Below, piece by piece: positions 37,404 through 49,189 of a DNA stretch of 64,000 nt. The stretch lies in contig NC_043014.1 in NCBI RefSeq assembly GCF_006345805.1, positions 46,314,001-46,378,000 of the forward strand, read 5' to 3'. This DNA comes from Octopus sinensis. Lineage: Eukaryota. Under the pieces are notes generated by a model, which saw only the letters and a list, made by a program, of their open reading frames with translations, ran no database searches and was not told the origin of the DNA. Positions within the stretch are counted from its first letter, which is position 1, and the number at the start of each line of letters is the position of its first letter. Position numbers and translations under genes: made by a program.

Positions 37404-37449
37404 AACACAACATTTCGGCTGATATACCCTCAAGCCTTCTTCAGGTGTC
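37404..37449 (-). ncRNA. Minimal type I hammerhead-like motif in a PLE-like repeat end
   Basis: GACAC CUGAAGA A GGCU..AGCC GAAA UG UU GUGUU: 5 bp stem I, stem II, 1 bp stem III with a quasi-palindromic loop, GUU site. Confidence 0.55.
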
Positions 37450-37501
37450 TTGGGGAAATTTTGAACCTGGGTTCTCATTCCTAAGGGATTCTTCGATGTT
37501 G

Positions 37502-37509
<8 letters not shown>

Positions 37510-37533
<24 letters not shown>

Positions 37534-38087
37534 GAGTGAGAGAGCAGTTCATGCCATCAAAGTGACACTGGGGTAAAATATATGAAGCCCAATATACCCA
37601 TCATGACTACCCGTCTGATAAAGGTACACCAGGCACATGCATCACAACCATATGTGCGCGACATGGTGATCTCATATCAAGATAAACAGCACATGACCTT
37701 GCAGGTGGGGCCCAGTTAGAATTTTCTTCAGGTTGAGTAGCCCATCCTGCTCAAACGGTCCCTGAATAAGGGTTGCTTTAGGATGTTGAACGAAACACCT
37801 ATGTTTCCAGAGGTGAACCATTCAAACTCCAAAGAATCCCTCTCAACACATGGCCATGATGCTCCCCCACTACTTCTGCTCGTGATCAGAGATGCACATA
37901 TCGTCAGCCACTAAGGGACATGCTCAACTGGTTAAGGTCAAACAACTGACAAGCAAACCTGTGGTATTGAGCAGAATATTTGCTGTAGCCCATCTTTTAT
38001 ACCAAGACAAAACAATGTACATGATAACACTTCCAGTCAGTTAAGATCAGAAGCCATGAGAGCCACTGCCTGGTACTGCATCAGGGC

Positions 38088-38090
<3 letters not shown>
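37510..38090. mobile_element. ~550 bp interspersed-repeat-like element bounded by (ATT)n
   Basis: Non-coding, GC-balanced block between microsatellites. The family is recalled from octopus DNA but is present only once here. Confidence 0.4.
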
Positions 38091-38123
<33 letters not shown>

Positions 38124-38125
38124 CA

Positions 38126-38168
<43 letters not shown>

Positions 38169-39619
38169 CATCATTATTATTATTATTATTATTATCATCA
38201 TCATTATTATTATTATTATTATTATTATTGTTCAGATCACTGCGTGGAATCGAACTCGGAATCTTGGGGTTAGTAGCCCGCACTCTTAACCACTACGTCA
38301 TATTCCCAAGATTCCGAGTTCGATTCCAAGCAGTGACCTGAACAATAATAATAATAATAATAATCCAGAACCAAGTGATTGGGAAGCAAGCTTCTTACCA
38401 CACAGCAGCACCTGTGCTAAAGACACTAGCCCCAAATTTCCAAATTTCCACACACAACGGGACTGAATCCCAGATCATGTGGTTGGGATGCAAAATTTCT
38501 TACTTCACAGCCATGCCCACACCTGACGGCCACACCTGTATCAGAAGTCTACATCTAAACCTCATTTATTGATATAGACGCTTTTGGCATCTGTCTAATC
38601 AATATCAGTAATAGTGCAGAATAGATATCTTTATCTAATGTTTGGTCTTCAGAGGGAATCCCAGATTTTCCTGTCTTTCAACAGCTGTTCTCAAAAGCAG
38701 AATTCAATTTAACCATAAACAAAATGTTGCCAGTATATTGATTGATAGGTAGTGTTTCATAATATGCTGTATCACCATCTGGGCTCTTATCTTTTGCTGT
38801 GATGTTATCGTACGTAACAGCTTATTACTTTTACACTTTTAAACTATTTCTCCTTTAGAATACTCTGTGAAATGTAATGTTTACCATAAATCATAAGCAC
38901 ACCAGCATCGGTTGTCAAGCAATGTTGGGGGAACAAACACAGACACACAAACATATACACACACACATACATACATGTGTATATATATATATATATATAT
39001 ACCTTCCGTTCGTGGCCATTACCAGCCTTGCCTGGCCCCCGTACCGGTGTCACATAAAAAGCACCATCCGTTCGTGGCCGTTGCCAGCCTCGCCTGGCTC
39101 CCATGCTGGTGGCACGTAAAAAGCACCATCCAACCGTGGCTGTTTGTCAGCCTCGTCTGGCACGTAAAAAGGCACCCACTACACTCACAGAATGGTTGGT
39201 GGTAGGAAGGGCATCCAGCCGTAGAAACATTGCCAGATCAGACTGGGCCTGGTGCAGCCTTCTGGCTTCCCAGACCCTTGTTGAACCATCCAACCCATAC
39301 TAGCATGGAAAGCGGACACTAAACGATGATGATGATGATATACATATATACGACAGGCTTATTTCAGTTTCTGTCTACCAAATCCACTCACAAGGCTTTG
39401 GTCGGCCTGAGGCTATAGTAGAAGGCACTTGCCCAAGGTGTCACGCAGTGGGAATGAATCCGGAACCATGTGGTTCATAAGCAAGCTACTTACCACACAA
39501 CCACTCCTACACCTAAAATCCTTAATGATTTGAACAGATGGATAGAGGAAATAGGCATAAAACCTACAAAACCTTATAAAATACAAGCTATTAAAATTAC
39601 AAAATATAATACTATTCGG

Positions 39620-39836
39620 CAGTGGTTTTCAACCAGGGTTCCGTGGAACCTTAGGGTTCCGCCAGTACAGTCCAGGGGTTCCGCAAGAAGTTACAAAACT
39701 GCTAAAATCGGCAGTAATTTTTAATTCTCCTGTGCAGATATGTGTGCATAAGACTATTAAATTATTGCACAGGGGCCTCGAGCCAGTGGAATGTTTCCTT
39801 GGGGTTCTGCTCCAGCAAAAAGGTTGAAAAGCACTG
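39620..39836. mobile_element. hAT-like MITE
   Basis: TIRs CAGTGGTTTTCAACC / GGTTGAAAAGCACTG, with an imperfect 8 bp TSD ctattcgg/ctataagg. Confidence 0.7.
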
Positions 39837-39879
39837 CTATAAGGTATAGATATTATGACGGCAGCTCTATGTATGGAGA

Positions 39880-40290
39880 TCATATGGAAGAATTGTAAGG
39901 TCTTAAGGGATTATGTAGACCAATCCTTGAATGACAGGTTCTGGCACACTTGGGGCAAATATGTATGTTTTGACATTTCTCATCCACTGCAGTTGCTCTA
40001 GCCTTCTTAAAGATGCATGCAGTGGACTGGATGCAGTCTCACAACGGTGTTCCACTATGTGGGGGGCCTATCCCTGCTAGGTAAGCTGGCATTTCAGCTG
40101 TATTTGTCGCTACCTCTTAGCTTACTGACAGCACCCAAGCCCATGTCTTCACAACTCAGAAGGCATTCATCTGCAATACGTCCAGGTTTTAGTGCTGGCC
40201 AAATAACTGGCTGTGGAACCCCCGTCAAAAGTACTTCAGACAGCTCAGATGGGAAGGCCACATCTCAGGCATGGACAAATCCAGATAAAT
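39880..40290 (-). mobile_element. RTE ORF2 3' fragment with C-terminal C2H2-like finger
   Basis: The minus strand encodes CPKCARTCHSRIGLHN. Confidence 0.7.
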
Positions 40291-40334
40291 AATATATTAT
40301 AATAATATATTATAAACAATATATTATGTAATCA

Positions 40335-40812
40335 GAATCGAAATCGATCAATGGAAATTGCAGCTGAGATACCAGTGCCGGTGGCACGTAAGAGAACCAT
40401 CCGAACGTGGCCGTTGCCAGCGCCGCCCCAACTGGCCTCGTGCCGGTGGCACATAAAAAGCACCATCCGTTCGTGGCCATTGCCAGGCTCGCCTGGCCCC
40501 CGTGCCGGTGGCACATAAAAAGCACCATCCGATCATGGCCGTTTGCCAGACTCGTCTGGCACCTGTGCCAGTGGCACATAAAAAGCACCATCTGATCGTG
40601 GCCGTTTGCCAGACTCGACTGGCACCTGTGCCGGTGGCACGTAAAAAGCACCCACTACACTCACGGAGTGGTTGGCGTTAGGAAGGGCATCCAGCCATAG
40701 AAACACTGCCAGAGCAGACTTGGCCTGGTGCAGCCTTCTGGCTTCCCAGATCCCAGTTAAACCGTCCAACCCATGCTAGCATGGAAGCAGACGCTAAACG
40801 ATGATGATGATG
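40335..40812 (+). mobile_element. SINE-like family D with internal ~60 bp tandem repeats and (GAT)n tail
   Basis: Repeats of gtgccggtggcacgtaaaaagcaccatccg…, then ggaagggcatccagc…catgctagcatggaa…gatgatgat. Other copies lie at 39000-39335, 41180-41580, 49540-49720(-), 51580-51840 and 62880-62990. Confidence 0.8.
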
Positions 40813-42529
40813 TAAAATATTAGCATTATAATAACAACATTCATCATCATAATCACTTTTATGTGTTTTTCTCTGCAGCATGGGTTGGACAGTTTAACAT
40901 GATCAAACGTATCAGATGACGGTGTTGAGTTCTAATGTCCTACATTACAGCTGACTCATCTCACGCCCAGGGTTCCTTAGTTCATTTACACTAGCATTCA
41001 TGCATGTTATTAGTATTACACATCTAATAAAGCAAGCTTGTCCCATTTTATTCCCAGCCTTTGCTTACCTTCCGCATTCATTGCTTGTTTTTCCACCGTG
41101 TAATTTTGGACCTTGCATAGCAGCCCCAGCCCATCCCAAGTACCTTGGATCGCAGAACGACCTACTGTGCTTACTTTGGATCGTAGGGTGACCTGCTGTG
41201 CTTGAGGAGACCTATTGAGTCAAGTACATCAACATCAAATTAAATATCAAACAGAAATTGTAGTTGTGATACCTGTGCCGGTGGCACGTTAAAAACCACC
41301 ATCCGAACGTGGCCGATGCCAGCGCCGCCTTGACTGGCTTCCGTGCCGGTGGCACGTAAAAAGCACCAACCGATCGTGGCCGCTGCCAGCTTCCCCTGGC
41401 ACGTAAAAAGCACCCACTACACTCACGGGGTGGTTGGCATTAGGAAGGGCATCCAGCTGTAGAAACACTGGCAGATCAGACTGGAGCCTGGTGCAGCCCC
41501 CTAGCTTCCCAGACCCCAGTTGAACCGTCCAACCCGTGCTAGCATGGAAAGTGGACGTTTAACGTTGATGATAATGATGATGGTAGTTACTAAAGTATAT
41601 AAAGTCAAATTCATTTCACAGCATTTTACGTTCAAAAAATTGCTCAGACATCAACTGCTTGTAAACTCTTAATAAGTTTATCTAAGAACAGTAAAGAATA
41701 AAAAATAATGAATTAGACAATATCAATAGATTGATCCCAAGTGGCCAAATATGGTAGAAAACTTTCTTGTTGCTTATTTGACTATGTTACGTGGCTGACT
41801 CTGAAAGTCTTTCTGGAAATATTGTAGTTGCTTGCATTCAACCTTATTTGCCGCTATACAAATTGAGGTAGTATATATTATTAATAAGGCAGTGAGCTGG
41901 CAGAAGCATTAGCACGCTGGGCAAAATACTTACCAGTATTTCATCTGTCTTCATGTTCTGAGTTCAAATTCTGCCGAGGTTGACTTAGCCTTTCATCATT
42001 TTAAATAAAAAAATAAACGCGCCCTTTTTAAAGACTAGCCAGGCTCATGGGCCCGGTTTCCCAGTTTCAAAGGTGTATGTGTACCCCATCTGACGGGACG
42101 CCAGTCCACCGCAGCCGTACTCATTTTTGCCAGCTGAGTCGACTGGAGCAATGTGAAATGAAGTGTTTTGCTCAAGAACATAACGCGTCGCCCGGTCCAA
42201 GAATCGAAACCACAATCTTACAATTATGATGCTGACACCCTAACCACTAAGCCACGCACCTCCACTTTCGTCCTTTTGGGGTTGATAAATTAAGTACCAG
42301 TTGCATACTGAGGTCAATCTAATTGACTGGCTCCCTTCGCCCTAAATTTCGGACCTTGTTTTTAGAGTAGAAAAGAGTATATATTATTAATATGTAGTGT
42401 AAATATTCAAACATTGTCCCTATGTTTCCAAATCTTGCTGCATTTTCCATGGAACTTTTAGTCCTCCAAAATTGTCTTGGTGTATAGGTCGACCTACCAG
42501 TTTTTTACAGTAAATTTTCTTCTAAAAAA

Positions 42530-42772
42530 TTTGACTAGAAATTTGACTAGAAAAATTTGACTAGAAATTTGATTAGAAATTTGACTAGAAAAATTTGACT
42601 AGAAAAATTAGACTAGAAATTTGACTAGAAATTTGACTAGAAAAATTTGACTAGAAATTTGACTAGAAAAATTTGAATAGAAAAATTTGACTAGAAATTT
42701 GACTAGAAATTTGACTAGAAATTTGACTAAAATTTGACTAGAAATTTGACTAGAAAAATTTGACTAGAAAAA
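42530..42772. repeat. 12-15 bp minisatellite (ATTTGACTAGAA[AAA])n
   Basis: About 18 tandem units. Confidence 0.95.
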
Positions 42773-43519
42773 AACAGTAGTTGTTTGCACTTAAATTTAT
42801 CTGAATGTTGCAAGTCTAACAATGCAAATTTTTTTATGATGTCTCCAAAATAAAATAAAATAAAATAAAAACTTTAAAAAAAAACCCCCACATTTTTACA
42901 AAAATACAATTTTAAGTGATTTGATCTGAGACCATGTGTGACACTAAAACGATTACAGCATAGAAAGACATATGTTAGCCATTCTGTTAACTTCTCTTAA
43001 CCATTTATTATTTGGCGTCAAAATTTCCTTTGCACCAGCTGTGACCCAGTTTATAACACAATTCCACTGCATCTCTTCACTTTGTGTAAAATATCTGATG
43101 TTGCATTTATTTTTCTAGGTGTGTCATCATAAAGGAAGATTTGTGAGGTTCACTTTTCAATGTCATATACTTCAATTTTTTACTGTTTTCAGTCATGAAA
43201 TAGCGGCCATGCTGGAGCATTATAAACATTTTCTTTCACTTGTTTCAGTCATTCGACTGTGGCCATGCTGGGGTACCACTTTGAAGGGTTTTATTTGAAT
43301 AAATCAACCTCGGGACTTATTTTTCAAGGCCTAACACTTATTCTATTGGTCTCTCTTACTGAACGACTAAGCTATGGGGACGTAAACACACCAACACCAG
43401 TTGTCATGTGGCAGTGGGGAACAAACATGGACACAAAGAGACACACATACACATAGATATTAACCACATGCGTATCGGCGATTATCCTCCTCCATCTTAA
43501 CTTTTTTTGACCTTCCTCT

Positions 43520-43554
43520 ATTTCTGAAGAAGAGCTTTGCTCGAAATGTAAAAT
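43520..43554 (+). ncRNA. Minimal type I hammerhead-like motif in a PLE-like repeat end
   Basis: AUUU CUGAAGA A GAGC UUU GCUC GAAA UG UA AAAU. Confidence 0.5.
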
Positions 43555-43651
43555 CCTCTTTCTTTCCTTTGCTGAGTGTCTGATAATACACTACTTGTAT
43601 CACGTCCTCGCATTGTTGTTTTTTCTTATTTGCTCTTCTTTGTATGGATTC

Positions 43652-43699
<48 letters not shown>

Positions 43700-43709
43700 A
43701 TAATAATAA

Positions 43710-44047
43710 TATTAGGGAGTATAACTCCAAACTTACAGGGAAAAATTCAATTTAGTATTAAATCAAATTTCACAATATAAATATATAAAATATAAATTAG
43801 AGATAAAACCACTATTATGCAACTCAAAATATTTTTATAAAACATATAACTCAAACAGTATAAAAATGAATAATCAATATATAATAAATGTATGTAGTTT
43901 TTTTACTTATTATATATTGATCACTCATTTTTATACTTTTTGAGATCTAGTTATATGTTTTATAAAAATATATAATATTTGTTATATATGTTTTGGTTTA
44001 TGTCTATCACTGTTTGAGTTGCATAATTGTGGTTTTATCTCTAATTT
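43710..44047. mobile_element. Composite fold-back element (inverted relative to 10815 and 53066)
   Basis: The module at 43710-43775 is in reverse orientation, followed by the palindrome 43796-44047. Confidence 0.7.
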
Positions 44048-44110
44048 ATATTATATATATATATATATATATGTAGGTGAGAAAGTTGGTGTGTGAAAGC
44101 ACGTGGTTGA

Positions 44111-44337
44111 ATATATAGAAAATAGTAAAAAGTGAAAAATCTACAGAAGGCTTGTTTCAAAAGGTTAAAAAATATATATTTGAGTCATTATGTCTGAAGA
44201 ATGTTATAAACCGGTCATTTCTTCAAAAACTATGTCATTGTATGAAAAAAATTTATAACATTCTTCAGACAAAATGACTCAAATATATATTTTTTAACCT
44301 TTTAAAACAAGCCTTCTGTAGTTTTTTCACTTTTTAC

Positions 44338-44345
<8 letters not shown>
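44111..44345. repeat. Fold-back palindrome (~95 bp arms)
   Basis: atagtaaaaagtgaaaaatctacagaaggcttg…gaagaatgttataaa versus tttataacattcttc…caagccttctgtagttttttcactttttactat. Confidence 0.85.
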
Positions 44346-44368
<23 letters not shown>

Positions 44369-44369
44369 C

Positions 44370-44765
44370 TTTTTACTCTTTTACTTGTTTCAGTCATTTG
44401 ATTGTGGCCATGCTGGAGCACCACCTTTAATCGAGCAAATCGACCCCAGGATTTATTCTTTGTAAGCCCAGTACTTATTCTATCGGTCTCTTTTGCTGAA
44501 CCGCTAAGTGACGGGGACGTAAACACACCAGCATCGGTTGTCAAGCAATGCTAGGGGGGCAAACACAGACACACAAACACACACACACATACGTATATAT
44601 ACGACAGGCTTCTTTCAGTTTTCGTCTACCAAACCCACACACAAGGCATTGGTCAGCCTGGGGCTATAGCAGAAGACACTTGCCCAAGATGCCATGCAGT
44701 GGGACTGAACCCGGAACCATGTGGTTGGTTAGCAAGCTACTTACCACACAGCCACTCCTGCGCCT
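44370..44765 (-). mobile_element. Full-length SINE family A copy
   Basis: Reverse complement of the family A consensus. Its head begins 12 bp after the tRNA-Asp 3' end. Confidence 0.9.
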
Positions 44766-44777
44766 AAATTAACATGC

Positions 44778-44849
44778 CTCCCCGGCGGGGAATCGAACCC
44801 CGGTCTCCCGCGTGACAGGCGGGGATACTTACCACTATATTACCGAGGA
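44778..44849 (-). tRNA. tRNA-Asp(GTC)
   Basis: Reverse complement TCCTCGGTAATATAGTGGTAAGTATCCCCGCCTGTCACGCGGGAGACCGGGGTTCGATTCCCCGCCGGGGAG (72 nt) gives a full cloverleaf with GTC anticodon, TTCGA T-loop and G discriminator. Confidence 0.95.
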
Positions 44850-44892
44850 CAGCTACTGAGGACATGTATATATATATATGTACATATATGTA

Positions 44893-44995
<103 letters not shown>

Positions 44996-45076
44996 GTATA
45001 TATATATATGTATATATATATGTATGTATATATATATGTATATATATATGTATATATATATGTATATATATATATG

Positions 45077-45172
<96 letters not shown>

Positions 45173-45177
45173 TATAT

Positions 45178-45846
45178 ACAGCAGGCGTGGCTGTGCGGTA
45201 AGTAGCATGCTTCCCAACCGCATGGTTCTGGGTTCTGTCCTATTGTGTGGCATTTTGGGCAAGTGTCTTCTACTATAGTCATGGGCCGACCAAGTCTTGT
45301 GTGGGGATTTGGCAGACGGAAACTGAAAGAAGCCTGTCTTGTATATATATATATATATATATGTTAATAAAATATATGCATATATATAAACATATATGTA
45401 CGTACCTACCTCTACATGTACATATACACGCATATATGTGTACAGGACACCAAAAAGACGTCGAACACATAGAGAGACGAAACACATAGACACAAACCAA
45501 GGAACAAGACAAGCAAAAAAAGAGATACAGGACAATAAGCACAACGAAAAATCCCCTTCTTCAGTCGCTAAAGTTTCATCTACTAAACGTTTCGAAGGAT
45601 AAAAGCGAGACGTATACTTCGAATGAAAAATTTCTTCCTGCGAAAAGCAAATCTATTAAAATTCTGAGATCTTGTCGCAGAGGGGTAAAAAAAAGCAAGA
45701 CGGTAACGACAGTACAAACCCCCACACAAGACTTTGGTCGGCCCATGACTATAGCAGAAGACACTTGCCCAAAATCCCACACAATAGGACAGAACCCAGA
45801 ACCATGTGGTTTGGAAGCAAACTTCTTACCGCACAGCCACACCTGC
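45178..45846. repeat. Inverted pair of SINE A 5' halves (45178-45335 +, 45715-45846 -) enclosing a PLE-like spacer
   Basis: Both halves share non-consensus variants (ttctgggttctgtcctattg; atagtcatgggccgacc). Confidence 0.75.
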
Positions 45847-46219
45847 ACTTAGTAACTCTTCCAAAGTAAATAATACCAATCAGTTGCACTCAATACTGAA
45901 AATTAAGTGTTTTAAAGGCAGCAACTTTATAATGCTATCAGTCTTCTACCTTTACACTTATTTGTTTCAATCAGTGGACTGTGGCCAGCCTGGAGCACTG
46001 CCTTCATTGGTTTAGTCAAACGAATCGATTCTAGTGTTTATCTTTAAGCCCGGTACTTACTTATTCCATTGGTCTCTTTTTGCAGAACTGCTAAGTAACA
46101 AGGATGTAAACAAACCGACACCAGTAGTCAAGTAGTGATGGGGGTCGAAGTGGGGCTGTTAAACATAACACACATACACATACATACATCCATACACATA
46201 CACATGATGGCTGTCCACT

Positions 46220-47950
46220 CGTAACCGAGGAAGACCATTGCTGACCTTCAGGAACATTGTGCACTGTAGGACTAATATTTTGCTTTTGTGGCACCGTTGG
46301 TGGCTAATGAGCCCTGATCTTGACAAGCATACACAACTGCAAACTCTACAAACCAAGCTTTCAAGCAGCATGCTGAAATTCTTCATGCATAATACGTCCT
46401 CTCTCAAAGGTGTCGATCCCCTCCTTAGCCCTTTTGTTACTGCTCTGTGTTTCTTTCAATTACTTTAAATATTACAAAGAATTTAGTAAAATAACTTAGT
46501 TATCATTAAGCTAGTGTTAGGAACATAAATTGTGACTAACATTTGGAGGAAGATTTTAATTCAAAACTTATGAAAACAAGACATTTGTACTCAGAGCCAG
46601 AGGCAGTTTCAGCCGGGTTGGTAACAAAAGGGTTAAGAATTGTTTCTCTATTATATATTTTAACCCTTTCATTACTGTATTTATTTTGAGATGTTCTTTG
46701 TTTCTTTCAATTAATTTTAAATATAACAAAGAATTGAGTAAAATAACTTAGTTATCATTAAGCTAGAGTTAGGAACATAAATTGTGACTTAAGGTTTGGT
46801 GGAAGATTTCAGTTCAAAACTTATGAAAACAAGACATTTGTACTACAGAGCCAGAGGCAGTTTCAGCCGGGTTGGTATTAAAAGGGTTAGGAATTGTGTC
46901 TCTATTATATATTTTAACCCTCTCATTGAGGTGCTCTGTATTTCTTTCAATTAATTTCAAATGTAACAAAGAATTTAATGAAATAACTTAGTTATCACTA
47001 AGCTAGTGTTAGGAACATGAATTGTGACTAAGGTTTGGTGGAAGATTTTAATTCAAAACTTATGGAAACAAGACATTTGTACTCAGAGCCAGAGCCGGTT
47101 TCAGCCAGGTTGGTAAGGAAAGGGTTAATCTGCTTCCTCCATCTGTCGTGATGACAAGCATTGCTCTCCCAGTCAGTCTACTTCATATCAGAGGCCTTTA
47201 CTGAGGACTTGACACAGTCCTTAAATCGCAGCCTTGTTTTCTCCTGTGGTCTCTTTCCATTAACAAGTTCCCCATAGAGCATCTGTTTAGGGATCCTGTT
47301 ATCCTTCATTCTAATAAAACACCCAGTCCAATGTTACCAGCGCTTGTACACCATTGCCTCAATACTCAAGATATCATCTGTCCTCAGGACCTGTGTGTCA
47401 GGAGCTTTTAAAGTCTGGCTGAAATTCAGAATACGTCTCAGACATCTTTGATGAAAGCATTCAAGGATCCTTACATGAAGTTTGTAAAGGGTTCATGTCT
47501 CACATGAGTAAAGGAGCAATGTCAGTACACATACCTGGTACACAGCAATTTTTGTTTGCTTTGTGATGCCATGTGGGGCCAGACACTAGACTTGAAGAGG
47601 CTGGAAGGAATCAGTTGCTCTCTGCAGCCTGAAAGATATTTCATCATCCAAGGAGCAAGAGAGTGAGAAAGAGAGATAGAGGGAGTGATCGAAAGTGTGT
47701 GTCGCGATGATTGCCCAGTATTGTTCCTTCAACCAAGGTAGCTGGTTCCACATATGGATTTCTTGGCTCAGGCTGGGACATTACAACAGTCTTGTCCAGG
47801 GTAATGCTGAGTCCAAATGCCCTGCAAGAAGCAGAAATATGATTCATAAGTATTTGCATGTCATCTACTGTATATGAGTGACTAAGTCACAGTCGTCTGC
47901 ATAAAGGAGGTCACGAATAAGAAACCAGAAAACTTTTGAATTGGTAGCAA
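46220..47950 (-). mobile_element. RTE ORF2 fragment interrupted by a MITE triplet
   Basis: The minus strand encodes RMKDNRIPKQMLYGELVNGKRP…RFKDCVK (47230-47330) and CRVCSCVCLSRSGLISHQR (46290-46350). Confidence 0.75.
46426..47128. mobile_element. Three tandem piggyBac-like MITE units (~230 bp)
   Basis: Each unit runs TTAACCCTT…AAGGGTTA(A/G), and the units are separated by a duplicated ~25 bp spacer. Confidence 0.8.
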
Positions 47951-47974
47951 ACTGGTGCAGATTGGATGGATGGA

Positions 47975-48248
47975 AGCACTCCGTCGGTTACGACGACGAG
48001 GGTTCGACGTAGTTCTCGGGGATATTCAGCGTGACACAGAGAGTGACAAGGCCGGCCCTTTGAAATACAGGTACAACAGAAACAGGAAGTAAGAGTGAGA
48101 GAAAGTTGTGGTGAAAGAGTACAGCAGGGACCACCACCATCCCCTGCCGGAGGCTCGTGGAGCTTTTTAGGTGTTTTCGCTCAATAAACACTCACAACGC
48201 CCGGTCTGGGAATTGAAACCGCGAGTCCGCTGCCCTAACCACTGGGCC
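47975..48248 (-). mobile_element. SINE family C copy
   Basis: Reverse complement of the head and body seen at 7374. Confidence 0.8.
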
Positions 48249-48574
48249 AGATTAGAGAGGCGGCCACAAGGTTGATACCTTACGTATATTCCCAGAGAGC
48301 TAACCTTAGCAAACGCATGAGTGAAAGCAGCATCGAAGTACAAAGTATAAGCCAAATATCAGAAATCCCCACAAACCACTCACATGCACACAACATCCCC
48401 ACCCGTGAACACCCCCAACCCCACACACAAACACACACACACACTCACACACACACACACACACAATTGTTGTAGATGTCAAGTAAGGATTAAAATCAAC
48501 ATGAGTGACATAAGTTTTCAAGTCGTAACAAAACAAATTACATGATTAATTCCTCATTGATGGAGCTTGCCCCC

Positions 48575-48720
48575 CACCACACACCACCACCACCGCCACC
48601 ACCACCACCAACCACCACCATCACCACCACCACTGCCACCACCACCACCGCCACCACCGCCGCCACCACCACCGCCACCACCCACCACCACCACCACCAC
48701 CACCACCACCACCACCACTG

Positions 48721-48767
<47 letters not shown>

Positions 48768-48868
48768 CCACCACCACCACCACCACCGCCACCACCGCCA
48801 CCACCACCACCACCACCACCACAACCACAGCCACCACCACCACCACCACCACCACCACCACCACCGCC

Positions 48869-48907
<39 letters not shown>

Positions 48908-48957
48908 CCGCCGCCACCACCACCACCCACCACCACCACCGCTACCGCCGCCGCCAT
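48575..48957. repeat. GC-rich compound (CCA)n/(CCG)n trinucleotide tract
   Basis: Direct reading. Confidence 0.95.
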
Positions 48958-49189
48958 CTGTTGAATGCTATTGTTTGTATTGTTTCCTAAATATGAAAGG
49001 CTTTTGTTCCATGTGGGTATTATGTTGTAATCAACACCAGCCAGCTACTAATTAAATATTGCACTTGCTTTACTAATAATCTTAATTAAATGCTGTTTTG
49101 AATTATAATGACTGATCGTAATAGTGTTCGTGTTCAGTAGGACATATCCACCCCGTCATTTTCTCCATCTCTTATTCCTAGAAGAGGTC

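Noticed and set aside
39993-40080. Apparent + strand exon with a strong acceptor and AG|GTAAGC donor (ALAFLKMHAVDWMQSHNGVPLCGGPIPA)
   Set aside because: It lies antisense within an RTE ORF2 relic (CPKCARTCHSRIGLH on the - strand). The splice signals are probably fortuitous, though exonisation cannot be excluded without RNA data.
42530-42772. Regularly spaced short repeats suggestive of a CRISPR array
   Set aside because: No unique spacers and a eukaryotic context. It is a plain minisatellite.
45560-45615. Possible type II hammerhead on the - strand (GAAACGUU … CUGAAGAAGGGG)
   Set aside because: Stem I cannot form without consuming the core, and stem II pairing competes with G8/A9. At best a rearranged PLE end.
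48296-48420. Frame RANLSKRMSESSIEVQSISQISEIP… after a cccag acceptor
   Set aside because: It runs into (CA)n without a donor, and there is no supporting homology.
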